From the NCBI RefSeq assembly GCF_009914755.1, contig NC_060932.1: 64,000 nt of DNA; one strand, given 5' to 3'. Positions 1 to 14,809 of this stretch are shown in pieces. The notes below the pieces were generated by a model. It was not told where the DNA came from. It did no database searches and worked only from the letters and a program-made list of their open reading frames with translations. This DNA comes from the human T2T-CHM13v2.0 reference genome, Homo sapiens. Positions within the stretch are counted from its first letter, which is position 1, and every line of letters begins with the position of its first letter. A program made the position numbers and the translations under genes.

Positions 1-387
1 GCAGAGAGCATTAGTGGACTTGTATGTAGGCCAATGGAAATTATCCAAAAAGAGAAGAAAGAGTAAAAAAAAAAAAAATGCCAGAGTGAATCATCCAAGA
101 ATTGTGATACAATATCAAGTTGTCTAATATGTGTGTAACTGGATTTTCAGAAGGAGAGGACAAAGCATCAATTGTATTAATGATAAAAAAATGATTGAAA
201 GAGTGGGATCTTTCATTTCTGACGAAGTAGCACACCAGTACTCTGACCCTTACACTGAAGATGACTAAAAATGCTAGATAATATTTGAGAAACATCTTAT
301 TAAATATATGAATGAACTGATTAACAAGAATATTAGACAAAAGACTAAGTATCGAAAGACTATATACCAAGAGATACATAGAATATT
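1..387 (+). mobile_element. Ancient L1 (L1M-type) fragment, ORF1/5' region
   Basis: A-rich, degenerate L1 ORF1-like sequence (aagttgtctaatatgtgtgtaactggattttcagaaggagag); continues after the nested insertion at about 1848. Confidence 0.55.
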
Positions 388-399
388 TTTTGCTTTTAA

Positions 400-734
<335 letters not shown>

Positions 735-1443
735 TTAAAAACATACATATTTTTTAATTCCAATAGCTTTTTAGGTACAAATGGTTTTTGTTACACGGAT
801 GAATTGTATAGTGGTAAAGCCTGAGATTTTAGTGCACCCCTCACCCAACTAGCGTGCATTGTATCCAATATATAGTTTTTTTATCCCTCACCTCCCTCTC
901 ATCCTCCCTGCTTCTGAGTCTCCAATGTCCATTATAGCACTCTGTATGCCTTTGTATACCCATAGCTTAGCTCCCACTTATAAGTGAGAACATACAGTAT
1001 TCAGTTTTCCATTCCTGAGTTACTTCACTTAGAATAATGGCCTCTAGCTCCATCCAAGTTGCTGCAAAAAACATTTCATTCTTGTTTATAGCTTACTCAG
1101 CAGTGTTCCATGGTGTATATATACCACATTTTCTTCATCCACTCATCACTTGATGGGCAGTTAGATTGGTTCTATACCTATTCAACTGTGAATTGTGTTG
1201 CGATAAACATATGTATGCCAGTGTCTTTTGATATAATGACTTATTTTCCTTTGGGTAGATACCCAGTAATGGGGTTGTTGGATAGCATGGTAGATATACT
1301 TTTGGTTCTTTGGGAAATCTCTATACTGTTTTCCGTAGAGGTTGTACTAATTTACATTCCCACCAATAGTGTATAAGCAGTCCCTTCTTACCACATCCAG
1401 TCAACATCTATTGTTTTTTGACTTTATAATAATGGGCATTCTG

Positions 1444-1734
<291 letters not shown>

Positions 1735-2938
1735 ATAATAATGGCCATTCTGACTGCAGTAAGGTGGTATCTCATTGTGGTTTCGATTTGCATTTTCTTG
1801 ATAATTAGTGATGTTGAGCATGTTTTTATAAGTTTGTTGGTCATTTGGAGATACATAAAACATTGAACAAGCTTTCTCTTTGAGAAAGTTTAAGGAATGT
1901 GGTAAACTTAAATTCCATTCAGAGATCAGGAGATTGTAGACAAATTCCAGATTCTGCCACATTAAGGATACTATAGAACTCCAACAAAAATGAGACCCCA
2001 AAATATTATACCTCAATACAGTGGTGAACAAAAATAACTCTCAGGTCTGCAAGGAAAGTTACCATGATTGAGTAAAAGCTAAGTAGAGGGTCTGAAGAAA
2101 TTCCCACTTATAAAGTTAGATAAAATATTAACTCACAACAAAAAGGGGAAAAAAAGAATCACAGCATTCTGAGCAAGAGCAAACAAAAAAAGATCAAGAA
2201 TTAACCCACAGTGTCCTCTGATATTGGAATTTTTTGGTTAAAATTATTTAAGCTATGTCCATTATTTCAAGGAAGTCAAAGAAGAGTTTGAAAGTAGAAT
2301 AGAGAGCATGGGACCATAAAAAAAAATGACCAAGCATATTGTAGAAAGAACCAAATAGAACTTTAGGGAATATAAATTATACTCAGTGAAATTTTAAAAT
2401 TCGGGGACAAATTTAACCAATTTAATGAGAGTTAGTAAACTGCAAGACAATAGTGATGAAATTTATGAGAATTTAGCACAGAAAGACAAAGAATGGAAAA
2501 TATAAATGAAAGGTTAAGAAATATGAAGGATAGAGTTATATTGTCTAATGTGTTTAATCAGGGTTTCAGAAAAAAGAAAATGGGACAAAGAATTATCTGA
2601 AGACATAATAAATCAAAATTTTCCAGAATTTAGATACACAAAATCAAGAAACCCAGTGAATCCCAGACAGAATAAATAAAAAGACATATTTTAGAGAAAC
2701 TACAGACCAGAAGAGACAAAAGAAGCTCTTTGAAGTAAGAGAGAAGAGATGGACTATCTTGAAAAAAGCAACAATTGGACTTTTAGCTAACTTCTTAACA
2801 GCAACAATGCAAGCCAGAAGATCTTCCACATGCTGAGAGACAACAATTATCAACCTAACAACTCTGTGCTCAGGGAAAATATCTTTTGAAAACAAGGACA
2901 AAGTAAGGATATTTTTCAGATTAAAAAGTGAAAGAGTT

Positions 2939-3269
<331 letters not shown>

Positions 3270-3345
3270 TCACTACAGGAAATTAGAAAAAGTGTCCTTT
3301 AGGCAAAATTAAATGATTATAGAGTGGACACTAATATACAAGAAG

Positions 3346-4258
3346 TGAGGAGATTGGCTCCAGGCCAAAATCAAAATCTGTATGTGACTTTCCAGGCCTG
3401 ACTTTAGGCATTACAAAGGCTTTGCCTGGCAGGCGCTACTGGGAGAAAGCTGCCCCCTTGATGTGGTTTGATTGTGTCCCCACCCAAATGTCATCCTCAA
3501 TTCCCATGTGTTGTGGGAGGGACCTGGTGGGAGGTAATTTAATCATGGGGGCAGGTCTTTCCTGTGCTGTTCTCATGATAGTGAATAAGTCTCATGAGAT
3601 CTGATGGTTTTATAAAGGGGAGCTTCCCTGCACAAGCTCTCATTTGTCTGCCACCATGTGAGACGTGCCTTTCACCTTCTGCTGTGATTATGAGGCCTCC
3701 CCAGCCATGTGGAACTGTGAGTCTATTAAACCTCCTTTTCCTTATACATTACCCAGTTTCAGGTATGTCTTTATCAGCAGCCTGAAAACAGACTAATACA
3801 CCTCCCCACAGCTGACTTAGTGCTCTGCCAGTGGGTTACAGTTTTCCAGAAGGAGCTGCAGTCAAGGACTCAGGCCGCCTAGGGCAGCCACCCATTCCTC
3901 ACCCAAACACCTCCATTCAAGGCCTCCTTATCTTATGACCAAGATACTTTCATCCACTCTGACCCAGTACTTTTCTAGTCCTAGACTTCCCCTACTCCCT
4001 TCTGTCAGTCCCCTGGACCATAAAATGTCAGGAGTCATTTGTTCAGGGCTCTTTGGTAGTGAGATGATTTTCCCTGTCTGAGCTGATTCATCTGACCCTT
4101 GCCTACTGCCATTCCCTGGGGAAAAAATGGAATGTTAGGAAGCTGGTGCTTATTTTTGCCTCTTGTTTACACTATTTCTGTAAGTGATTAAGGCTTGATT
4201 GTTAACTTTCAGTTTGGCTTATTGTTCTGACTGACCACCTAATCCTGGCCACTGGACA
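3346..4258 (+). mobile_element. Solo ERV LTR (family not assigned), interrupted by THE1
   Basis: TG...CA termini, LTR-like composition, interrupts collinear L1 sequence; only an imperfect gaag/gaaa duplication. Confidence 0.5.
3459..3800 (+). mobile_element. THE1 (MaLR) solo LTR
   Basis: Starts tgatgtggtttgattgtgtccccacccaaat, ends aaaacagactaataca; 342 bp. Confidence 0.92.
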
Positions 4259-4428
4259 GAAATTAAGAGCAAAGAAAGTGATAACCGTTTTAAACAAACA
4301 TAGAATAAATAAAAACCACAATAATAAGGTGGTATTTGAAAAGAAAACAAGATGGAAAGAATATATTTCACTGGAATAGCATGTGAATAAGACGTGAAGT
4401 TACTGGAATTAGTGTTCTAAGGTCCTTT

Positions 4429-5485
4429 TGAAACTGCCTTTGCAAAATTATAACAGTAAGAAAAATCTGACCTAGTTGACTCCATCTCACTTCTAACCCC
4501 AAGCTGTCCTTGGTCATTCCTGGACATAGGCCAAGATAACTTTGAGAGGAATTTAGTTTACAGTTTAACTTAGAAGCAAGAATGATAATAGTCCCTCCCT
4601 GAAACTAACCCTCTCCCTGTTCAATGGCTGAAACTGCCTTTGTAAGACTAATGAAAGGCCACAAGATTAGGATTATGGGAGAGGCCCAAGTTCTGCTAAA
4701 ATGTAGGCATAGTTTCTATAATTTCTTACTGCTCAGGAGTCATGTGGCCAGAGGTCCCAAGATTTATAACTTCCCCAATTGCTTCTATAGGTATCACTGT
4801 TGTAGAACCTAAGACTGGGGAGTTTTTTTTTTTTAGATGTTTTTCAGACTGATCCCATCTGGACTCATGACTCAGCTGGTCCTGTGGCTCTGCCCACAGG
4901 TGGCCTCACTGCACAAGGACAGTCTTCCAGTGATGTGATGGCATTCCCAACCAATCAGCTGCACCCATTCCCTAGTCCCCTGCCCACAAAACTGTCCATA
5001 AAAACCCTAACCTCTGACCCTTCAGGGAGACTGATTTGAGTGATAACTCCAGTTCTTCTGCATAGCTGGCCTCATGTCAGTTAAACTCTTTCTTTACTGC
5101 AATGCCATGGTCTCAGGCAATTGATTTTGTCTGTGCAGTGGGCAGAAAGAATAAATTTAGGAGCTCATATGGGATCCACCCTTGTGGGTGCCTGCTTGCA
5201 GTTCATTGGTTCCCCACAGGTCCGACTGACCTGGAGGTGAGCTCTGACGGCCACTTATTTCTCCAGAACTGAGGGTCTCTGCTGATGTCCCTCTGCAGCT
5301 GTCCTGCCAGTGAGGCACTGTTGACCCATCGTGCCTGGGCCTAACTGTCATGTAGAAATAGTTTCTGGAAGTCATCTTTAAACTGGTCTGGTGAGTATTC
5401 TAAGTGCGACCAACATCCCCTTCCTTCTCCTGACCTAGTTGGCCCCTTCTGTGGGTTCCAGATAGCCTTTTTCTGTGGGTTCATT
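4429..5485 (+). mobile_element. LTR8-family (HUERS-P) 5' LTR with degenerate tRNA-Pro PBS and a short leader remnant
   Basis: Starts tgaaactgcctttgcaaaattataac; 5158-5175 taggagctcatatgggat matches PBS-Pro TGGGGGCTCGTCCGGGAT at 13 of 18; right boundary approximate. Confidence 0.7.
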
Positions 5486-5562
5486 TGTATTGCTCTAGAA
5501 CAGGATAAAGATATTGTCTAACTTTAGGCTTTGCTAAGTTAAATATGAAAGTTAAATTTTCT

Positions 5563-5869
5563 GGCCAGGCGCCTTGGCTCATGCCTGTAATCCCAGTACT
5601 TTAGGAGGCTGAGGTGGGCGGATCGCTTGAGGTCAGGAGTTTTTAAGACCAGCCTGGCCAACATGGCCAAACCCTGTCTCTACTAAAAATACACACACAA
5701 AAATTAGTCAGGCATGGTGGTGTGCACCTGTAGTCCCAGCTACTCGGGAGGCTGAAGCACGCAATCATTTGAACCCAGGAGGTAGAGGTTGCAGTGAGCT
5801 GAGATCATGCCACTGCACTCCAGCCTGGGCGACAGTGGGAGACTCCATCTCAAAAAAAAAGAAAAAAAA
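5563..5869 (+). mobile_element. AluS
   Basis: Full Alu; TSD gaaagttaaattttct at 5547-5562 and 5870-5885. Confidence 0.95.
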
Positions 5870-6106
5870 GAAAGTTAAATTTTCTCAGGTAACCACAAAA
5901 AAGAGAGGTAAAGTGTGTAACAACAAAACAACCTCCCCCACCAAATGGAATGAGAAAAAAAGGCTTAACAAATTTGATATCATATTCTGTGACCACAATG
6001 CCACTAATCAACTAAAAACATATATGTTTGAAAAATTAGAAACATGACTCATTGAAATAAATAAATGACTTAGTAAATAAAGAAATTATTTAGTAGTTTA
6101 TGAGTC

Positions 6107-6462
6107 TGATATGGTTTGGCTGTGTGCTCACCCAATCTCATCTTGAATTGTAGCTTCCATAATTCCCACATGTCATGGGAGGGACCCAGTGGGAGGTAAT
6201 TGAATCATGGGGGAAGGTCTTTCCCATGCTGTTCTCATGATAGTGAATAAGTCTCATCTGATGGTTTTATAAAGGGGAGTTCCCTTACACAAGCTCTCTC
6301 GCCTGCCGCCACGCAAGACATGACTCTTTGCTCCTCATTCGCCTTCAGCCATGATTGTGAGGCCTTCCCAGCCATGTGAAACTGTGAGTCAATTAAACCT
6401 CTTTTATGAATTACCCAATCTTGGGTATGTGTTTATTTGCAGTGTGAGAACAGACTAATACG
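6107..6462 (+). mobile_element. THE1 (MaLR) solo LTR
   Basis: tgatatggtttggctgtgt...gaacagactaatacg; TSD gagtc/gagtt. Confidence 0.93.
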
Positions 6463-7296
6463 GAGTTACAGAAAGAATTATAATTAAAATTAAAACATAT
6501 GTACAACTGAATAACAGCTCACACACAGACAACACTTTCATATCAAAACTTGTAGGATGCAGGTAGGCAGTTTCTTAGAGGCAAAGTTACAGTTCAAAAT
6601 GATAAAAATTTTAAAATAAGCTAATAAACCCAAAGAAAGAATTAGGGATTATTGTTTATTCCCTAATTATTTGGTTTATTCTGCTATACTTTTTTTCCTC
6701 CAATTAAGAAATAGCAGAATAAACCCAAATAAAGAATTAAGGCATAAACAATAAATATGAGTAGAAGTGTGTGAAATAGATCACAAGCCTTCAGTAGAAA
6801 GGATCAACAAAGCCAAAGATTTGGCTCTTTGAAAATACTGAAAATTACTGATTAAAAGCTTTATGCCAATAATTTGGAATCTTGAATAAATGCACCAATG
6901 TTTAGAAAAAAATGTGATTACTTAAATGAGTTGATGAATAAACTTCATATTTTAATAGCTCTAGAAACATTAAATAAATTGAATCACTAGTTTAAAATGT
7001 ACCCCCCACCACATAAATTCTTTAGTTTTATAAGTAAGTTCTCCCAAACTTTAAATAAATAATTTCAATTTTACAAAATTATTTTACAGTATAGAAGAAG
7101 GACTAATTAATTCTAAGCTCATTTTATGAGACTAGTACAATCTTAACACCAAAATCTAATTAAGGACCGTTTGGAAAAATCACAAGCCAACTTCACTCAT
7201 GATTATAAATGAAAAAATTGAACAAAATATTAACAAACTGCATCTATTAGTGAAAGAAAAAGAGAATAAATGATGACAAAGTTGAGTTTCTGCCAG

Positions 7297-7594
7297 ATAT
7301 GCAAGATTGGTTTATCATTAGAATATCAGTTAATTTAATTCATCACATTAACAAATTTAAAAGAGAAAAGTTATCCAATCATCTCTAGATGCAGAAAAAG
7401 AGTCACATAAAACCTGGAATCCATTTATGGTAAAAATTAAAGAAGACATTCTTACCCAGATAAAAAGCGTCTACAAAAAAAGCTAAAGAAATATCATAAT
7501 TAACATGAAATGCTGAAAATATTTCTTTTAAGGTAAGAAATAAACTAAGGGTGTTCACAGTAACTACTTCTATTTGGTAGTACTTGGATATTCT
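7297..7594 (+). repeat. Source copy of a 298-bp local direct duplication
   Basis: Aligns without gaps to 10444-10741; 18 mismatches by manual count. Confidence 0.95.
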
Positions 7595-7851
7595 AGCTTC
7601 CACAGACGGGAGAAAATGTATAAGCAATGGAAAGGAAGAAAGAAAACTGTTTCTACTTGTAGACAAATATGATTGCCTACATTGAAAATTCAAAAGAATC
7701 TACCAAAAAAGTATCATAATTAAAAATGGGGCTTAAGAAGTTTGCTCAAGAAAAGAAATTTTAAAAAATGAAAAATATTTCTAGACAAATACTTAGAAAA
7801 CGCAACTAAAAAGATATCATTTACGTTTGCATCAAATAATATAAAATGTTA

Positions 7852-7985
7852 GCTGTGTTCATTGGCACACACCAACATTCCTGTAGTTCCAGCTACTAGG
7901 GAGGGATGAGGCAGGAGAATCACTTGAGTCTAAGAGTTCGAGGCCAGCCTCTGCAACATAGGAAGACCCTGTCTCTAAAAATAAT
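7852..7985 (+). mobile_element. Alu monomer (FLAM/FAM-like)
   Basis: cctgtagttccagctact...gagttcgaggccagcc...gaccctgtctctaaaa; single arm. Confidence 0.8.
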
Positions 7986-8339
7986 AATAATGTAAAGAGT
8001 CTAGAAAAAAATTTTATGATGAGAGATTGTTTTATGGATAAAAATTATCAAACTTTATTAAAATATATTAAAGTAGAGCTAAATAGTTAGAGAAATATGA
8101 CATTCATGTTTTGGAAGACTCCATAGCAAAGATGTTCATTTTCCCCAGATTTATCTATGGAGTCAATACAATCTCTATCAAAATTTTACAATGGAGTGTT
8201 TTGGCTTTGAGTTCTTGATTTTGGTTTGTTGGTTTGTTTATTTAATGTGTCAAGCTGAATCTAAAGTGTAATTGGACTACTAAGGGCTAATAACAGCCAA
8301 CTATTTCTGAAAAAAAAACAATAAAAGTAGGGGATCATA

Positions 8340-8820
8340 GCCCCTTATTCCACTTTCCTTCAAGGCAAGATTGTACTTTCCTGATTTCTTGTAATTTGGT
8401 ATTACTATGTACTTTTGGCAAATGAATATAAGCAAAAATCAGCAGGTGTTTTGTTTTGGACTTAACTGTTGGGTGTTCAATGAGAAGAGCTTCTACACAG
8501 GACTTACAGAAAAAGAGCAAAGCCCAAATATTAAGCAACTAAAACTCATGTTTCAAAGAGATCATACACCTCTGAGTGGAAATTGTAAAATTCCCTGTAT
8601 GGTTTGCCATACTGTCTCTTTCTCCAAGGCAAATGGCAATGTTTCAGATAATGCCTGCTCCACAAGCTTGGATCCAGAGTGATAAGAAGGAATGACAGAG
8701 CTTCCAGTTTATTCACAATGGATGTGAAGCATGACTAAGAAATAAATTTCTGTTGTGTTAAGCCACTAATAATTTTGTGGAGGTTTTGTTGCCACAACAT
8801 AATGTAGCCTATTCTGATTT
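8340..8820 (+). mobile_element. Old MLT1 (MaLR) LTR
   Basis: 3' end gaaataaatttctgttgtgttaagccactaa...gcctattctga is typical of late MLT1 LTRs; left boundary approximate. Confidence 0.6.
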
Positions 8821-9689
8821 TTTATCTTGTCTTGCCAGATGTCAAGACTTAACTTATTGTCTTTAAGATGGCATAGCATTAGCAAAACGATAAGTGAGTA
8901 GTCCAATGGGACAGACTAGAGTTCAGATCCAGAACCACATATGCAAAAACTTGATTTATGACAGGTTGGTATAGATGATCTGTAAAAAAAAGGTGGACTT
9001 TTCAATAAATGTTACAACAGTTATCTATAAGTAAACGTTTAAATTGGACTGCTACCTCATACCTCCTCTGCAGTCTTTTGTTAAGAACAGTTGGAAAACA
9101 AGTGGTTGTTTCCCTAATTTAAGGGCACCAAGAACAGTGCCCAGTACATAGTAGGTCCACAATATGTGTCCCCTGATTGAGGAATGTTAGCTGCTTCTAT
9201 TTTACAGCAAATTCATTTCTCAGTTCCATTCCTCCTTCCTTCCCTTTTTTGAAGTAATGGTGGAGACAAAATGAAAATTTCCATCAAGAAGCCCTGTCAA
9301 GAGAGAGCTAGCCTGAGTGCCTTTCCAGGAAAGTCCTGGAATTGTCTTAAGAGAGGAGAAACTCTTAGGAAGGAAATATGGAAACTACCAAAGAGGGAGG
9401 TCATTATCACAATTGTGCTTTAGGTGGTATCATTCATATCCTATCTTCACGAAAGGAAACAAGTGGTCAGAAATGGAGATTTGTATTGGAGACACCACTC
9501 AGTAACCCACATGAGTAATAATTTCTATCACAGTGGCCCTTGATGACACAAGGAAATATTTTGAGTGATTAATATTGGTCATGTAGCATACAAGATGGTG
9601 TCTTTCAGCTCAATCCAAAAGACAGTCAGTCACTCTCAGGTTCATGCGGGATTTAGATATGTAGCATGTCCTGATTCTTTAACCAAGCT

Positions 9690-10310
9690 CAATGAGGTGA
9701 AACTAGAGCAACATTTAGTCTAGGGCTAATTTTGCCCCACTACTAAAGCTCAACCCTTCTAAGTACTCTTGATGCTCTATAGATTATGATGTTTTTTCTC
9801 TATGACTGAAGGAACAGGAGTTCCTAGTATTATTTTCTATATTCCTTCCAGATTGTTCGTTCCCCAGTTTCTGATCATTTCCGCAAATGCATGAACTGAT
9901 CAGTACTCACCTGAAGTTGTGGGAAGGTGGGACCCTCTGCAGCTCCCTGGCCTTCTCTCTGTGTGTGGAACTATCCTCCGTGACACTGTGTCCTGTGAAT
10001 TCTAGCTGCCTCAGCCTCTCTGGACATTCACATTCCTCTTTTCAACTCATGGTGGTTCCTGGGCTCTGCCTGGGTTTCCCTTCCCCACAGTGTAACTGGA
10101 AACTCTATTAAGGAAGTAAGCTAGGGCCATCATAGTGCTCACCTCATTCGTTTTCTGCCTGTTGGGCATCATTGCTCCTCATTTCCTGGTGTCTGGTGTC
10201 TTGAACACTGTTATTTAATACATTGTATTCGGATTTTTTAATTGTTTCATGCATAAAGGTAAGTCTGGTCCCTGTTACTCCTACTTGGTTGGAAGTGGGT
10301 GTCAGACCAC
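9690..10310 (-). mobile_element. Old L1M 5'-region fragment, antisense
   Basis: gtctggtccctgttactcctacttggttggaagt and neighbouring sequence resemble antisense L1MC/MD 5' ends. Confidence 0.45.
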
Positions 10311-10443
10311 TAATTTTTGTCTGACGAATATACTTATATTCCTTTTACATTTAATGCATTTTGATTCATTTTTTTCACAACTTGATTCCAATCTGCGTAT
10401 GTAGATTCACATAAATTTTCTGAACTGTCCAAAGTCTGCTCAA

Positions 10444-10741
10444 ATATGCAAGATTGGTTTATCATTAGAATATCAGTTAATTTAATCCATCACATTAACA
10501 AATTTAAAAGGGCAAAATTATCCAATCATCTGTAGATGAAGAAAAAGAGTCACATAAAACCTAAAATCCATTTATGGTAAAAATTAAAGACGACATCCTT
10601 AACCAGATAAAAAGCATCTACAAAAAAAACTAAAGAAATACAATAATTAACATGAAATGCTGAAAACATTTCTTTTAAGGTAAGAAATAAGCTAAGGGTG
10701 TTCACAGTAACTACTTCTATTTGGTAGTACTTGGATGTTCT
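10444..10741 (+). repeat. Inserted copy of 7297-7594
   Basis: About 94% identical to 7297-7594, same orientation, no poly(A) tail, no clear TSD. Confidence 0.95.
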
Positions 10742-11653
10742 TGGTATCTATGAATTACCACAGTTCAAGGATAATCTGTAGTTTATCTAGTCATCATTAT
10801 TGGATTTCAGAGTTATTTTCTAGAAAAGTTATATCCAGTTTTATAATTAGCATTAAAAATTCACAGGCTGACTGATTGCCTCCTTTTTGCTTTCTAAGAT
10901 GGACATTTATGTCCTATTGGACTAAATTTCTTCCCTTTCCTTCAGTAATAGCAAAGAGTAACTTCTTATAGGAACACTGCCACACCAATGAGCTCCACCT
11001 CCCTTTGACTTGGGGCTGCTGTGCTTTCTGCTTATCAGCTCTGAGCAACATCTTAGATTATCCCCATAGATGGTGGAGCCCAGAGTAAGTTAAATTCTGT
11101 ATTCTCCACTCACTGCTACCACCACCTACCCCAGTCACTCCAGAATTTTAGGTTTCAGAGCAACTTTAGAAGAGAGAAACTCACAAAGTTGTATTATAGT
11201 CTCAAAGTTCCACCAGCTGCTGGCAAGATCGTCATTTCCTCCCCCACTGCCTCCTGAGTCACTGTACCATTCTAGTTCCTCCAGGGAACTAGACCCTTTC
11301 TCCACCTCCACCTTTGGCATAGGGTTAGGGATTGTACCCCCATTGCCTTATCCTACAAGTGGCTCTGAAGAAATGGATCTTATTCATTCTCTCCGTAAAA
11401 TTGTCTGTTTGCTTAGCAACAACAACAACAAAAAATTATATGGGGCCAAATGATAACATAAACGGCCCATTTTCTAGCTGGGCCCCTTTACTGCTGCCTT
11501 ATTAGAGGAGTACGGAGGGTCTGGGTAGGGGCGACAATGTGACTGTGTGCAGGTAGGGGAGTGTGCTGATGAGTGTGGTTATCGATAGCAATAAGAGTAG
11601 GGGAGGTATGAAGAAGTATGTGGGAGTTAGAACAAGAGAGGGTGGAAGAAAGA

Positions 11654-12054
11654 TGATATAGTTTGGATGTTTGTCCCCTCCAGACCTCATGTTGAGATGT
11701 AATCCCCAATGCTGGAAGTGGGGCCTGGCATGAGGTATTCGGGTCATGAGAGCAGATCCCTCATGAATGGCTTGGTGCTATCCTCACAATAGTGAGTTTC
11801 CACAATATCTGGTTGTTTAAAGGTGTGTGGCACTTATCCCATCTCTCTCTTGCTCCTACACTTGCCATGTGAGACATCTGCTCCCCTTTCCCCTTCCACC
11901 ATGATTATAAGCTTCCTGAGGTCCTCATCAGAAGCAGATTCTAGCGCCATGCTTCTTGTACAGTCTGCAGAACCATGAGCCAATTAAACCTCTTTTCTTT
12001 ATGAATTACCCAGTCTTAGGTATTCCTTTGTAGCAAAGCAAAAAGCCTAATACA
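11654..12054 (+). mobile_element. MST (MSTB-like) MaLR solo LTR
   Basis: tgatatagtttggatgtttgtcccctcc...gcctaataca. Confidence 0.9.
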
Positions 12055-13519
12055 AGAGTGGTCTGTAGAATTATTTTCCTCTCATGAAAACTCTACCTGC
12101 ACATCATAATTGCTAGGGTGTACCAGGCAATCTTGCAGCCTGGCACAAGCTATTGAGTAACTATCGCTATAGGCATTTTTAAGTACGATTCTCTTGTTTT
12201 CCATAAATTTAAAAAGAACTGTTTATCTGCTGAGAAATGGTATATCATTTGTGTGGTGGCCTATTTTCTATGCATGCAGCCACCTTCCAATTTGACTTTA
12301 GGGTCAAGTTGCTTTTCTGATTCATTTAGCTGAGTAGACTTAAGAGCAAATTGAGAAGAGAAACCCATTTAAATATTGTATCATGTGAAAAGGGTGAAAT
12401 CTGTCACTGAAAAAAAAGGAGGAAGCTAGAGGGAAAGGAGGTCGATTGCTGATTTTGCCCTTGACATTGTTAAGATGTGGTTTTGAGGGTTCTGCTGTGT
12501 CTGTGGATAATTTGGAGTTTATGTTCCCCAGAGTGTTCCACCCTCCTCACAATAATTACAGTAATGACACCAAGAGCGTCTTAAAAATTCTCATGCATCT
12601 ACACTGCATACATTACATTGCCACACACAGTCCTATTTGCTCAGTATGCTCCTTTCATAATAATTTAAGATGCTTCTCATTTACGTTGAGTAAATATCAA
12701 ACGGATCTTGATATCTATATCTGTCTCATGAAATATACATCCTCTCTAACTGTGCCCAAATGATTAATTTACAGCTATGTGATGATTAGCATAAAAAGCT
12801 CATCACAACAAGAGATAGAAATGTTATCACTAATTGCTATTTGAAGTGAAGAATGTTTTCTGCGTAGAAATTAATGATGCATGCTTACTTCTCAATTCTC
12901 TGTTAAACCAGAAAACCCAAGACTGTTTTTGGAGAAGAAAGAAATTACCTTTGAAGTTGTGTGGGGTTTTTTCGTCTCCCTTAGATGACCCACAGTTAAC
13001 CAAAGGAATTGTGGAAGGCAATGGCTAATGAAGTTCCATGCATAAATTAGACAGATGTACTCAGCCCTTATCAAATCAAGTCTTGCTATCAATCCATGAC
13101 TGAACTATTCAACTGCAGGCAAAGACATTTTCCCCTGGGCATGAGAGCCTCCCTGTAGCCTTGAAACTTGTCTCATAAATATTCTTATGTTTACAGCATA
13201 TCCTAAGAGTGTCCAGGTTCTTCACAGAACCTGACGGTCTTAATATCATTGGTGATTATTCTGGGCCTGCTCAAGCAGCCACACAACTACCTATGAGTTG
13301 GATGGTACCTCAGAAAGCCTTGCTTTATTTTCCAGATTTAAAGAACATTGAGCTGTGACTTAGATTTTGACAATAAAGTCACGCCCTGGTCCAGTTAGTT
13401 ATCTTAATTCTAAGTACCAGCCAGTCCATCCCAGAGATTGCAATGGAACATGAATTTTCCCCAAGCTAAGCTTGTCTCTGAGATTCTGCCTTGCCATCCA
13501 AATCATCATCATCATTATC

Positions 13520-13740
13520 AGTAATACCTATCCTGGGCCAATCATGCTGCTAAAAACTTAATGCGCATTTTCTCAGTTAATGCTCACCCAATGCAATGAG
13601 GTAGGTCCTATTTTAATCCCCATTTTAGAGTTGAAGATTCCTGGGTATAGAGCTTGTAAGTAACTTTTCCAAGATCACAGAACTGACCAAATTTGACTAA
13701 AATCTAGATGATTCAAAACTGTTTATCTTCCTCAAACATA
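13520..13740 (-). mobile_element. MIR SINE
   Basis: MIR core atgaggtaggtcctattttaatccccattttagag...ccaagatcacag. Confidence 0.65.
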
Positions 13741-14682
13741 CTTCTCTGAATAGTGAGCCTTCTAATGTTCCCAGAGTGAATATATCCAATCTAACCGGTG
13801 CATTTTCATTTTAAGGAATAGAAAGTGGGGTTTGAACAGTGCCATGCTTCAGCCCACGAAAGAGGGGACCCCTGCCCTGAGCCCTGTGCTTTAGAGGATC
13901 CCATGTATCACAAAAACACACCAACAGTAAATTTACTGAAGGATATATGGATGCTTCTATCACCAGGGATCTGACACTCAGGGCTGGCACAGCGTGACTC
14001 TGCATGACTCAAAGTGTTCACCTCCAAGCTAATGCCATTTAGGCCCCAAAGAAAGGTGGTTCTCAGGTCCTGCCTTGGAGGGAAGACTGTGTCTGAATGT
14101 TGTGAAGACAGACACTGCTTTAGAGCATGAATATTTGAGGAACAAAAGTATTCAAGAAGAAAAGACAAATTCATCAACTTGTCAAATCTTTCCTCTCAGG
14201 GAGCATAAAATCAATAGGTTCTCACATAAGGGAGTATTGTTTCCCAGAAGTGAAGAGCATCTATTCTTTGGATTCTTGTTATGCTCCAATTCGTGGTTCC
14301 AAGGGAACTTGTGAGTTGGCATGGCATTTGCAATAGTTGTACATGGTGGCTTTTTGCATTGTTTAATATTTGCAATGTTAAATAATTTGTACTTATAAAT
14401 TTGATGTGTTCGTCTAGGTATAACACTTCTGAAATGCAATATCCATAATTTACACTGGCAACAAGATGGGCATTTTCATACTGGAATTGCAAAGTTTTAC
14501 TTTGTAAAATTAATAATATTCAGCAAACATTTTAAAATCCAAGTAGAAAAAGATTGCTTTATTTAAATATCTTTATTTAAAAATTTGATGTGTTAATTAT
14601 AGTTAATAACTCCCCTTCATTCAATAGCTAACTTTAAATTATTGTGTTAAAAATTTTGTGTTAAATTTGTGTAAGCTTTTTG

Positions 14683-14797
14683 TTACAAAGCTACAGTAAT
14701 CAAAACAATATAGTACTGATATAAACATAGATATACAGAACAATGGAGTAGAACAAAGAACCCAGATATAAACCCTTACATATGTGGTCAAATGATT
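14683..14797 (+). mobile_element. Short sense L1 ORF2 fragment
   Basis: tacaaagctacagtaatcaaaaca...ggtcaaatgatt (YKATVIKT motif region). Confidence 0.85.
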
Positions 14798-14809
14798 ATA
14801 TTTTTGCAA

